Of a stretch of 54,281 nucleotides of DNA, positions 45,300 to 54,281 are shown one piece after another (within the stretch, counting starts at the first letter, position 1; each line of letters opens with the position of its first letter). Location: positions 1 through 54,281 of the forward strand of contig CAYHBS010000001.1 in the NCBI GenBank assembly GCA_964354975.1, read 5' to 3'. The stretch comes from an uncultured Candidatus Saccharibacteria bacterium (lineage in GTDB: Bacteria; Patescibacteriota; Minisyncoccia; Ryanbacterales; HO2-45-13). The notes under the pieces were generated by a model. That model searched no databases, had not been told where the DNA came from, and saw only the letters and a list, made by a program, of their open reading frames with translations. The position numbers were made by a program, and so were the translations under genes.

Positions 45300-47627
45300 T
45301 TATTGAATGGTGATTATTCTTCTTGGCCGTTCTCCGCGTACATCGTCAATTTTGTCCGCAAATACGACATGCGGAGTGTCGAGCGATGTATGTTCAGCGG
45401 ACACAATATGCGCAGTTGGTTTCTCTTTGGATTCTGAACGCGCTTGTGTGTCTACAAGCCCCTCAATAGGAACATACATCCGCGGCGGTGGTTTTGGTGG
45501 AAGAACGCTTTGCGCGTGTGCGGGATGTTGGATGGGTTTCGTATATGACCGAATATCTCCCGACGAGGATGGTTTCGGCATAATGACATGAGGAACATGT
45601 GGCTTCGGTATTAAGAGAGAAGAAGTGGGTGTGCGTGCGGGCACCGTGGGAACAACCGACGCCACGGACTTAGCTGTCGCTGCAGATGACGCATCGAAAT
45701 CATTGGTGTCGCGAGCAATTTCCGATTGCGGCGTGGCAACTTCTGGTAACACAAATGAGCCATTGGTCAATTTCAGTGCATTCTCGGTGAGTCGTTCAAG
45801 TTGCTCAACGGTCATGCGCTCGAGACTCCCTAAATCACTCTTTGACTTCGCGTGCGATGTTGCCGGAACCACAACTTCAGATTTTCTGACTGCGGTGTGT
45901 ACCCGTTTCGTTGGTAGGACAGCTGAAGGTGTATCTACGCTCGTATCCACTTCAACGGGATCACGCGGGAATTCAATAGCCGGCGACATCTTCTTTTCAC
46001 TTTCCTGAACAGCGCGCTTCGCCTCGTCAATACGAGGAGTGTGCACTACCGGCGACGTCTGTGAAATTGGTACCTCCTCTTTCTTGGTTGGTGCGGCGCT
46101 CGGAGTGGATGCGGCAACTGGCTTCTGCACGATTGGTGTAGCGCGCATCGCTTTAATTGGTACATCAGCGATTGTTTTAACAGGTTCCGTTACTTTTGGA
46201 ACAATGACCTCTTTTGAAATAGGTTTAGTCGGTATGTCAGTAGCGTCTTTGCGAATCTCCCCCTTATTCTTTATTCCAAAGAGGTGCGGGCGTAGTTTTT
46301 TATCACCAATACCACGCTTCATTTCATCAAAGTTCATTAAAATGAGCTCGAGTTGCCTGGCAATATTTCGCGCGGTGCGCACATTGAGACCCGCTCCACC
46401 CTGCGCAAACGGTTTATCGAGGAGCGCCATAAATCCATCATGCCCGAGAGATCCTTCAAGACGGCTTTTAATGATGCTCTGCAAACGCGTAAGTAATTCC
46501 GGTGTTGATTTGTGCTCGGTAATCTCAAGTAGATATGCGGTGACGGTATCGAGAATAATTTGATATTCTTCATACGATGAAGGGTAGGATCGGAATTTTT
46601 CGATCATGTACTCACTCATGCGTGCGATATGATCGAGTCGCTTGGACATTCTTTCTGCAAACGGATGATAGAGACCAATTCCAGACTTCCGAATTGGAGC
46701 GGTTGCAATGTTTTGAAATTCTTCGAGCGAGATTTTTTTCTTTATGTACTCACCCACAATCTGCTCTAATCGCTGTTCTGCCTGAATATCAAGCTCGTTG
46801 AGCAAATACCACGTAACCATTTTCGCCTTCAGCTCATCTTCTTCAAGATGCGGATATATTTTTGCAAATTCTTGGAGTCCGTGATTGATGAATGGCTGTA
46901 CTTCTTGTTCTTTCTTCTCCTGGATTTCTGCTTCTACATTACGGACTTCGCGCACAATTTTTCCATCTTTCATATAAAATACGCGGTCTGCATATTTTAG
47001 GTGGTTTGGGTTGTGCGTGACCATGATAATGGTTTTGCCATCTTTCTTATTAAGCTGCGTGAATACTTCAAGCACGCTTTCCGCCGCTTTTGAATCGAGG
47101 TTTCCAACGGGTTCATCCGCAAGTAAAATTGGCGCTTTATTGATGAGCGCTCGCGCGATAGAAACGCGTTGCTGCTGACCTCCGGAAAGTTGGTTTGGAA
47201 ATTTATGTGCCTGCTCGTCAATACCAAATCGGGAGAGATACTGCATTGCCTCGGCTTCCCGTTCCCTTTTCGATTTACTCGTAAACACCTGTGGAAGTGT
47301 CACATTTTGCATATTCGTGAGCGTACTAATGAGATAGTACGCCTGAAATACCATTCCGATAGAAGAACGGTGATACCGAATCGCATCGGTTACCGAGAGT
47401 GAATCAAGCGCATATCCATTTGACGCAATGGACCCTGAACTCAATTGCTCGAGCCCTGCAATGGCATACAGTATTGTCGATTTTCCACATCCTGATGGCC
47501 CAAAGAAAATCACATACTCATGCTCATAAATATCAAGTGAAATATCGTCAAGCGCACGCTGGGGAGTGCCGGAGTGCTCGCCATATACTACGGATGCATT
47601 GCGAATGGATATAATGGGTGTTGGCAT
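45300..47627 (-). CDS. MacB/LolD-type ABC ATPase with a ~540-aa C-terminal extension
   Basis: GPSGCGKST, LSGGQQQR, LADEPVGNLD and VTH lie in the first ~235 aa, followed by a helical repeat region and a P/T/S-rich tail. Confidence 0.9.
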   Translation of the reverse strand: MPTPIISIRNASVVYGEHSGTPQRALDDISLDIYEHEYVIFFGPSGCGKSTILYAIAGLEQLSSGSIASNGYALDSLSVTDAIRYHRSSIGMVFQAYYLISTLTNMQNVTLPQVFTSKSKREREAEAMQYLSRFGIDEQAHKFPNQLSGGQQQRVSIARALINKAPILLADEPVGNLDSKAAESVLEVFTQLNKKDGKTIIMVTHNPNHLKYADRVFYMKDGKIVREVRNVEAEIQEKKEQEVQPFINHGLQEFAKIYPHLEEDELKAKMVTWYLLNELDIQAEQRLEQIVGEYIKKKISLEEFQNIATAPIRKSGIGLYHPFAERMSKRLDHIARMSEYMIEKFRSYPSSYEEYQIILDTVTAYLLEITEHKSTPELLTRLQSIIKSRLEGSLGHDGFMALLDKPFAQGGAGLNVRTARNIARQLELILMNFDEMKRGIGDKKLRPHLFGIKNKGEIRKDATDIPTKPISKEVIVPKVTEPVKTIADVPIKAMRATPIVQKPVAASTPSAAPTKKEEVPISQTSPVVHTPRIDEAKRAVQESEKKMSPAIEFPRDPVEVDTSVDTPSAVLPTKRVHTAVRKSEVVVPATSHAKSKSDLGSLERMTVEQLERLTENALKLTNGSFVLPEVATPQSEIARDTNDFDASSAATAKSVASVVPTVPARTPTSSLLIPKPHVPHVIMPKPSSSGDIRSYTKPIQHPAHAQSVLPPKPPPRMYVPIEGLVDTQARSESKEKPTAHIVSAEHTSLDTPHVVFADKIDDVRGERPRRIITIQ

Positions 47628-47631
47628 AGTA

Positions 47632-50600
47632 TTAGAGCTCCTTCAGAAACCCAAATGCGTCTTCAAAGTTCTTAATAATAAGCTCAAGCACTGACTCTTC
47701 CTTCCGAGGAGTAAAAATCTTGAATTGTCGAGATTCTCCCCTGTTCCCCGCGGCGTCCGTCGAAACAACCCGAAAAGTGTAGATTGTTGCTGGGCGTAGT
47801 CTCGTAATGACGATCACGTGACTTGAGGTAATATCACTCATTGTCGGTGATTTTTGGAGATTTGATCCCTCAAGCCGCGCGCCTTCAACATACTCTACCT
47901 GGGACGTTGAAGATTCGTCGGTAGACCACGTGATCACCGCTTGCACATTATCTTCTCGTCCGGTAGAGAGCGTAAGTTTTGTGCGCACTGAAGTAATCTC
48001 GGGAGGTATATTATCGGGACTCGTTTGAAAGTTGCGCGGATCGGTGCGCACCGTTTCACCTTCTTCTGATTGTGCCACAATAAAGAGCGCGTACTTTGTT
48101 TCGGACTTCAGGTCTTTTGCCACATACTCATGCTCTAATTGCACGTCGCTTACTTCGATGGTGCGCCCTTCTCCCGTTGTTCTATCCTGGATATTGATCA
48201 CCGCTTTGGTGGGAATGTTTGTTTTCCAGCTCACGCGCACGGAATATTCCGTAATGTCTCCGATTTTGAATTCATCAAATTTCGGCTGAATGGGCAGTGT
48301 TTTAAATGTACGATTTATGCCTATCGTTTTTGTTCCGCCCTTTTCTTCACCGCTGATTTGAAAATTGTACGACGTGAACGGCTTCAATTCCGTCAGCGTT
48401 ACTTTGTGAACTGTGACAAATTCTGATTTCTTCCCCGCCTCTTTCGTATACGGATTATCTTTATCATCTTCGAATTCTATGTCCGAAGCATACGAAACAA
48501 TACTGTTTGTTTCAGTAAGCGTCTCCCACTCAATAATTGCAGTGGTGTCGGTGACCGTCACGTTTGGCTTTGATCCCAAAATGCGAGGTGGCCCCGCGAG
48601 TTCTCCAAACAGTACCTTGAGCGCCTTTGCCCGCTCTTCCTCTCCAACTAATTTAATCCCTGCGAGGAAATCTTGAAGGAGCGCTTGAGTGGACGATGAG
48701 AGTGCGGTAAAACTTTCAAGCAGTTCCAGTTGCTGTTTGTTTGCCTCCTCGAGCAACTGCTCTTCTAATTCATCAAGTGCCTCTTCTTCGGTGGTACTTG
48801 CGAGTGTAGTGAATGTTTTTTCAAGACTTGATGACTGCACACCACAGGAATTCAAGGCGGTGATTTTATAGAAATACTCTGTGCCGGTTTTCAAACTGTC
48901 AACCGAAACAGTAAAGTCAGATTTAAATGTTGGCCCCGCGCTCACAAAATCGTCCAGAGATCCGCTGGAAAGTCCGTATTCGACCGTGCCAATCGTGTCT
49001 TCATTGGTATACCATTTAATTTTTGCTGATTTCGACTTCACCTCATACGCTTCAATACCGCTGATGCCAATGCCCGCTGTGGAATTGCATTCCCCAGGAA
49101 CAATTTGCTCCTCGGTCCCGGCAGTTTCCTCGGCAGTTTTAAATGAGAATGAGACGCCAGACGTATCCGCACTCAAGCTCGAAATGTTCCCAGCCTCATC
49201 CGTGGCAGTGATTTGATAATAATATATGGTATTTGGCTGCAGGTTCGTCAGTGTAACCGAATGTGTGGTGTTAAAATCTGTCGTTGAGGTTCCGACCTCG
49301 ACTCCGTAGAGTGTTGAGAGACCATAATCAAGAGCGGTCAACGCGAGCTCACTGGTGCGCCACGTTACGACCGCAGAATTTGCTGTGATAATTGGAGTTG
49401 CTATATTTGAAATGACTGGTGGAGTTACATCATCTTTTTTCTCTGTTGCGGCAGATGGAGGTGCAATGAAGATCGCTACGTCTTCCGAAGTTTCTTCGTC
49501 ACCATTAGTCGCTCTGGCGCGTACCCGAAACGTATATGTCACTTTTCCAAGGAGATCTGTTGGAAGCACGATCGAATGATTTGTTGTCGGGGACATATTT
49601 CCATACACTTCCCCTAGTCCACGATTAAATCCATATTCGACGTATCCAACTGCTGCAACATTAGTGATAAATGTGACCGTCGTCTGTTGTTCGTTGATAC
49701 TGACGTTCACATTTGAAATCACAATTTGATTTGTATTTTTTAATGTTCCAAATTTATAGATAGTGTCAGAATCGGGTACCGTGTTCCCACGGGGATCAGC
49801 GCTTTTAATACGGGCGTACCAGAATGTTGCATCGGGAAGTCCCGCCACTTCTAGCATATGATTCTGGGTGAGGTTTGGATTACTCGCGCGGTAGATGTCA
49901 GTAAATGAGGTTGATTTTGAAACTTCCAACACGGATGTTGCATCTTCGTTCGTGCTCCATTGCATCAACACGCTGTTTGTGTGGGCACCAACAATAGTCG
50001 CTCCACTCACTACCGGTGGGGCGCTGTCGGTTGATGCTGGTGCGTCCGTTGTAAAACTTTCTTGATCAGAAATAACCTCATTTCCTGCTCCATCTACCGA
50101 GCGCACTCTGAAGAAATACTGCTGCTGGGATGAGAGTCCCGTGAGTTTTACACTATGATTTATCTTGAATTCACGCATCCCCGTAGTGTTTGAATATAGT
50201 GCGGTATTTTGCGAGGATGTTGCCGTTCCATATTCCACAAATGATGATGATTGTTCATCGGTTGTCCATGAAACGGTTGCGGTGAACGCATCAGGATCAA
50301 CCGCAATGGGCGTAGTGGATGATATTACTGGACTCAACGTGTCTCCGGTGTTCGTGTGTGTCACGCTTCCGGAGGTTCCCGCTTCGTTACCATTAATATC
50401 TCGAATCGTTACGGTGTACGTCAGTGGACTCGAAGCAGCATAATTTGTGGGAGGAACAATAGTATGATTTCGTTTATATTGATACGACCCGTACACATGC
50501 GCACCATCCGAAATAAGTGCAATCACATCTTTGTCGGCAGATATTTCAAACAGCGCTGTTTTCTCTTTTGGAATGACGGTAATGGAGGGAGTACTCGGAG

Positions 50601-53600
50601 AAGTATTATTTGTTTTTGCAGGAAATGTAAATGGTTGGGACGACGTTGCTCGCCCGATATTATTTGATGCATCAATGGCACGCACTTCATAGTCATATGG
50701 ACTGCCCGGTGTAAGTCCAACAATATTGACTTCATGCTGCCCTCCTGACGCAACAATGGATGTACTCGTTGCGGCTGGAGAATTTTCAAACGATGAGCCG
50801 CCAAATGGAGCGAGTTCATAAGCAACAGCGGAAAACGCAGCTTCCGAAGCAGTCCAATTGATGGGGATATAATTAACACCAGCTGTTCCAGATGTTGGCC
50901 CACTTTGAATAAGTGGTGCACTTACGTCAGTCGTTCTTCCTGTTGCGGTAATTTGCACCGCATTCGAGTCTCCCGAAGTATTTCCAATATTATCCCGCGT
51001 CGTCACTTTGTAGGCGTACGACTGTCCCACACAGGTGCTCGTGCAGACTTCGTGTAAATAGGTGTTATCTTCTAAATCTGTGTTGGTCACAAGGAGCGTA
51101 TAACTGACACCTGCATTGGTCGAGTAATAAATATCATACGCTGCAAAATCGTTCTCGTACCCATCGTTAGGTATTGGTACCTTTCCCCAATTGAGTAAAA
51201 ATTGCACTTCGCCGGTGTATTCATTTGATACTTCCGTAACCTGTAGCGCCGAGGGGATCCCCGGTGCAGTGGTGTCATAAATAATGTCAGACGATGCGGT
51301 TGATGTATTTCCTTTCTCATCTTTTACATACACATGGATAGTATTTTTTTGCTGCGTCGCTGGGAGATACGCGTCCACTGATCCCGCATACGATCCATAT
51401 TGTGCCCCACCAATAGCGCCTGTCGTTTGATCAAATGTTGATCCGGTAGCATCTGAACCTGCCGTGGTGCCGTATCGGAATCCTTGGGTTTTTGTTGTGT
51501 CGTCGGAATAATTAAATGAAAGTATGAGCGGACCGCGGGATTTCGATTTATAGAGCCCCGGAGTGGTGCCCGAAGGCGCCGTTAACACAATGGTATCCGT
51601 CCCAGTCGTGAATGAAGGGAAGCCACTGCCTTGCGTCGGGGGCTTCGTATCGAGAATAAACGTATTTGATTCGGCGCTCCCAATGGCATTTGCGGGCTGT
51701 AAATCACTTGCGGTGACTCGCACGCGCGCAGTTGCATAAAATACTCCTGGAATATCAGTGCCTGCAGTCCATGAAATCGTCTTATTGGCACCAACGGGGA
51801 TATTTGTGCCCACACCGGTGATGGTGGCTGCTTTAAAGTAAATACGCGCTGCATTGGTATGATTCACTACCTTTGAATTCAGATGACCCCGGTTTGCGGT
51901 GCTCGTGAAATTGATGGTGGATCCGGAAATGCTGGTGTATGTTATGAGTTCGTCGTCAATTTGCATAACACCACTCGACGGCATTTTATCGAGTTGAGTA
52001 CCAGACACCGTCACTGATGTTTGCGTTGAAGACAATGTTCCATCGGCCTCATTCACAGTGTGCCCTACGTGATACAGCGCATACACCGTTCCATTCTGTG
52101 TGTCCGGATCGGGATCGCTGTAGTCATATTGCGCCGATACAATCCCGGAATTTGACTGCTCAACAGATGGCGCAGTGTCAATACTTATGGTGGGCTTAGT
52201 GTTGATCACATACGTCACACTGATATCGCTGAATGTGGGAATGACGGCTCCATTCGATGTAAGAATGACTTTATATTGAAAATATTGATCATTGCCGTCC
52301 CGGAACATATCGGGAATCGTGCAATCTACTTTTGTCCCGGACTTTGTGCATCCACCGGCACCCGACGCAAACGCAATACTGGTACCGGAAGGTCCGCTCC
52401 ATGCGCTCCATGTGCCTGGATTTCCTCCAGTGTCAGGCGCGGAGCGCAGGAGTACCTGCACTCCCGCTCCTGTTGAAATACTTTCATTCCATGAGAGTCC
52501 TCCGAGCACACTCGAATACGCCGTGCTTGAGTCGCCAGTGTTATATGGAGATGAAATAAGCTCCGACGTAGCGGGTACGTATGAGTAATTTATACTCATC
52601 GATTTGAACCGTGGCGTTGCGGTAGTAATACCGGTAAACAAAATTTGATACTGAATATATTGATCCCCATCTCGCACACACCCACCTGTAATATCGAGTC
52701 CCACCGTCAGAGACACATCGCACGTAGGTGACCACGCAGAGGCATCACTCATGGCACTATTTCCTGATCGCATACGATACGTCATCGTCGTACCGGAGGG
52801 AACGGTCCGTTCAAATGCGGCAATGGACCCCCACGCGATTGCAGACCCTGGTTGTGGTTGAATAATTTTTGACGTATAGGTACCCGACAGCGCATACTCG
52901 GTCGAAAAATATTGGGTATTATTTCCACTATCGGTCAAAATAATGATGGGCTGCTCTTCATCAGAAAATACTAAATTGAGTGAATCGGTCGGAAATTTAT
53001 TTACGTACGTAATACCGTTGACTCCGCCAGAATCACTGTTCCATTGCGAACTGGTGACGCATAAATTAGTACCATTAATTCGACACTCCATTTTAAACAC
53101 AGCATTTGTTGGTTTACTGCTGTACAGAAACATAATTCGGCCTGAACTATTAGCCCCAAGAGAGGTGAATTTTCCCCAAGGGTTTGTTGCTGTTCCACCA
53201 TTTAGTCGCAGCATGAGATTACCACAATATAATCCGAAAGTGGCTGGTGGACTTCCGATTATGCAATAATCTAGCAATGGATCTTCAGTTGTATCACCAT
53301 TATTACTTTTTTCTCCAAAGCTTACCCATAAATGGTTCTCGGAATCGATCGTCGCACCAATACTACCAGAGGAATAAAAATTTGTGTTCCCATAAACATC
53401 TAGGTAGGTGATCTTTGAATTTCCCACGGATAATGCTATAAAAAAATTGGCATCACCAGCGCTATCAACCATAACAATAATTGCATATTGATTCTGATCC
53501 ACCACCATACGCATCATGGTAATATCTTTGCCAATATTGACCGTCGACGATTTGAATTCAAAGTTGTTAGCCCCGGAACAAATCGGAGTAGTTTGCAAGT

Positions 53601-54281
53601 TACAGGTAAAGTATTTTATGTAATGGTCTGTTGAATTTTGTTTATCCCAAAATGCATAGTGCAATGTCGAACCTTTTACTACAAGGAGTGGATACCCATC
53701 TCCAGCAGGAGTTGTTCCAACTTGAACGGGCGTACTCCATTTTGCCGAGTTTGTACAATCCGTTGTTCCCGAAGGAAGACAAGAGGTGTACCAAAACTGC
53801 TGCGTCCCCGTCTTTTCCATTGCCACGACATGGATACGGCCAGTGTCGTCCACCGCTATTGCGGGAGGGCGCCATGTTGTTGCAGCTCCTTTTGATGCAG
53901 CACTTCCGAGAATTGGCGTGGTACCTACATCGTTCGGCGTGTATTTCCAGACACTTGCACCATTACTATTAATTTCATTCCACTTCACACCAATATATTG
54001 ATCTACCGCCTTTGTGCGGAACGCAATAAATGCTCTATTATCGTACGTGGTGAGGCGCGCATTATCATTGACTTGATCTGCAAACGAGGTCATTACGGGA
54101 TCAACCGGTTCAGCCGCAAGTAACACATCATTTCGGGAGAGTCGAATCTGCCCGTCGTCACTCGTTGTAGTAATTTCATCCTCGACGGTGACGGACTGTA
54201 ACACCGCCCCCACTGCACTAAAATCACTCTTAAGTGTTTGTGTAAATGTTGCGTTCGTGGGAGTTACGGTAAGTGCCGCGC
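47632..54281 (-). CDS. Giant (>2200 aa) surface protein with many FN3/Ig-like repeats; 5' end outside window
   Basis: Frame is open to the window edge. Repeated W.T.E...S.V.YG...H.V.L..L.P.T.Y...V...D..GN modules, S/T-rich composition and Cys-paired N-terminal repeats. Confidence 0.88.
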   Translation of the reverse strand, partial: AALTVTPTNATFTQTLKSDFSAVGAVLQSVTVEDEITTTSDDGQIRLSRNDVLLAAEPVDPVMTSFADQVNDNARLTTYDNRAFIAFRTKAVDQYIGVKWNEINSNGASVWKYTPNDVGTTPILGSAASKGAATTWRPPAIAVDDTGRIHVVAMEKTGTQQFWYTSCLPSGTTDCTNSAKWSTPVQVGTTPAGDGYPLLVVKGSTLHYAFWDKQNSTDHYIKYFTCNLQTTPICSGANNFEFKSSTVNIGKDITMMRMVVDQNQYAIIVMVDSAGDANFFIALSVGNSKITYLDVYGNTNFYSSGSIGATIDSENHLWVSFGEKSNNGDTTEDPLLDYCIIGSPPATFGLYCGNLMLRLNGGTATNPWGKFTSLGANSSGRIMFLYSSKPTNAVFKMECRINGTNLCVTSSQWNSDSGGVNGITYVNKFPTDSLNLVFSDEEQPIIILTDSGNNTQYFSTEYALSGTYTSKIIQPQPGSAIAWGSIAAFERTVPSGTTMTYRMRSGNSAMSDASAWSPTCDVSLTVGLDITGGCVRDGDQYIQYQILFTGITTATPRFKSMSINYSYVPATSELISSPYNTGDSSTAYSSVLGGLSWNESISTGAGVQVLLRSAPDTGGNPGTWSAWSGPSGTSIAFASGAGGCTKSGTKVDCTIPDMFRDGNDQYFQYKVILTSNGAVIPTFSDISVTYVINTKPTISIDTAPSVEQSNSGIVSAQYDYSDPDPDTQNGTVYALYHVGHTVNEADGTLSSTQTSVTVSGTQLDKMPSSGVMQIDDELITYTSISGSTINFTSTANRGHLNSKVVNHTNAARIYFKAATITGVGTNIPVGANKTISWTAGTDIPGVFYATARVRVTASDLQPANAIGSAESNTFILDTKPPTQGSGFPSFTTGTDTIVLTAPSGTTPGLYKSKSRGPLILSFNYSDDTTKTQGFRYGTTAGSDATGSTFDQTTGAIGGAQYGSYAGSVDAYLPATQQKNTIHVYVKDEKGNTSTASSDIIYDTTAPGIPSALQVTEVSNEYTGEVQFLLNWGKVPIPNDGYENDFAAYDIYYSTNAGVSYTLLVTNTDLEDNTYLHEVCTSTCVGQSYAYKVTTRDNIGNTSGDSNAVQITATGRTTDVSAPLIQSGPTSGTAGVNYIPINWTASEAAFSAVAYELAPFGGSSFENSPAATSTSIVASGGQHEVNIVGLTPGSPYDYEVRAIDASNNIGRATSSQPFTFPAKTNNTSPSTPSITVIPKEKTALFEISADKDVIALISDGAHVYGSYQYKRNHTIVPPTNYAASSPLTYTVTIRDINGNEAGTSGSVTHTNTGDTLSPVISSTTPIAVDPDAFTATVSWTTDEQSSSFVEYGTATSSQNTALYSNTTGMREFKINHSVKLTGLSSQQQYFFRVRSVDGAGNEVISDQESFTTDAPASTDSAPPVVSGATIVGAHTNSVLMQWSTNEDATSVLEVSKSTSFTDIYRASNPNLTQNHMLEVAGLPDATFWYARIKSADPRGNTVPDSDTIYKFGTLKNTNQIVISNVNVSINEQQTTVTFITNVAAVGYVEYGFNRGLGEVYGNMSPTTNHSIVLPTDLLGKVTYTFRVRARATNGDEETSEDVAIFIAPPSAATEKKDDVTPPVISNIATPIITANSAVVTWRTSELALTALDYGLSTLYGVEVGTSTTDFNTTHSVTLTNLQPNTIYYYQITATDEAGNISSLSADTSGVSFSFKTAEETAGTEEQIVPGECNSTAGIGISGIEAYEVKSKSAKIKWYTNEDTIGTVEYGLSSGSLDDFVSAGPTFKSDFTVSVDSLKTGTEYFYKITALNSCGVQSSSLEKTFTTLASTTEEEALDELEEQLLEEANKQQLELLESFTALSSSTQALLQDFLAGIKLVGEEERAKALKVLFGELAGPPRILGSKPNVTVTDTTAIIEWETLTETNSIVSYASDIEFEDDKDNPYTKEAGKKSEFVTVHKVTLTELKPFTSYNFQISGEEKGGTKTIGINRTFKTLPIQPKFDEFKIGDITEYSVRVSWKTNIPTKAVINIQDRTTGEGRTIEVSDVQLEHEYVAKDLKSETKYALFIVAQSEEGETVRTDPRNFQTSPDNIPPEITSVRTKLTLSTGREDNVQAVITWSTDESSTSQVEYVEGARLEGSNLQKSPTMSDITSSHVIVITRLRPATIYTFRVVSTDAAGNRGESRQFKIFTPRKEESVLELIIKNFEDAFGFLKEL

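Overview
This 54.3-kb window of bacterial chromosome most resembles a Patescibacteria (CPR, Parcubacteria-like) genome. That assignment is an inference from the short GAD-less AspRS, the reduced HrcA, scpAB, CPR-style hypotheticals, short CCGCC/CCGAC palindromes and TGA used as a stop (code 11). Bases 1-15 kb are an accessory zone of mostly stand-alone small genes, many with their own sigma70-like promoter, strong Shine-Dalgarno (SD) site and intrinsic terminator. It holds cspA, an orphan DUF397 gene, a dUTPase-dCMP deaminase fusion broken by +1 in a C6 run, uppP, DUF2585, an internally deleted IS30, a GNAT, two RlpA-like genes flanking an EEP hydrolase, two LuxR-type HTH genes, an RNHCP protein, rpmA and a PD-(D/E)XK nuclease. 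Bases 15-44 kb are mostly core genes: a dcw cluster with a D-aminoacylase inserted, gltX, scpAB, aspS, murA, pyrG, rplI, S41 protease, cysS, dnaB, recR, rplU, rmuC, tRNA-Lys and CIRCE-hrcA-grpE-dnaK-dnaJ. Bases 44-54 kb hold a tight operon of a >2200-aa FN3-repeat surface protein (5' end outside the window), an ABC ATPase with a ~540-aa C-terminal extension and a MacB-type permease. The most notable signals are this candidate surface-protein export/anchoring system, a split between apparently leaderless core genes and strong-SD accessory genes, and a tRNA-Lys locus with a partial tRNA duplication interrupted by a recurring 16-bp palindrome next to an 8-bp tandem array. No database searches were run; family calls rest on recognised motifs.
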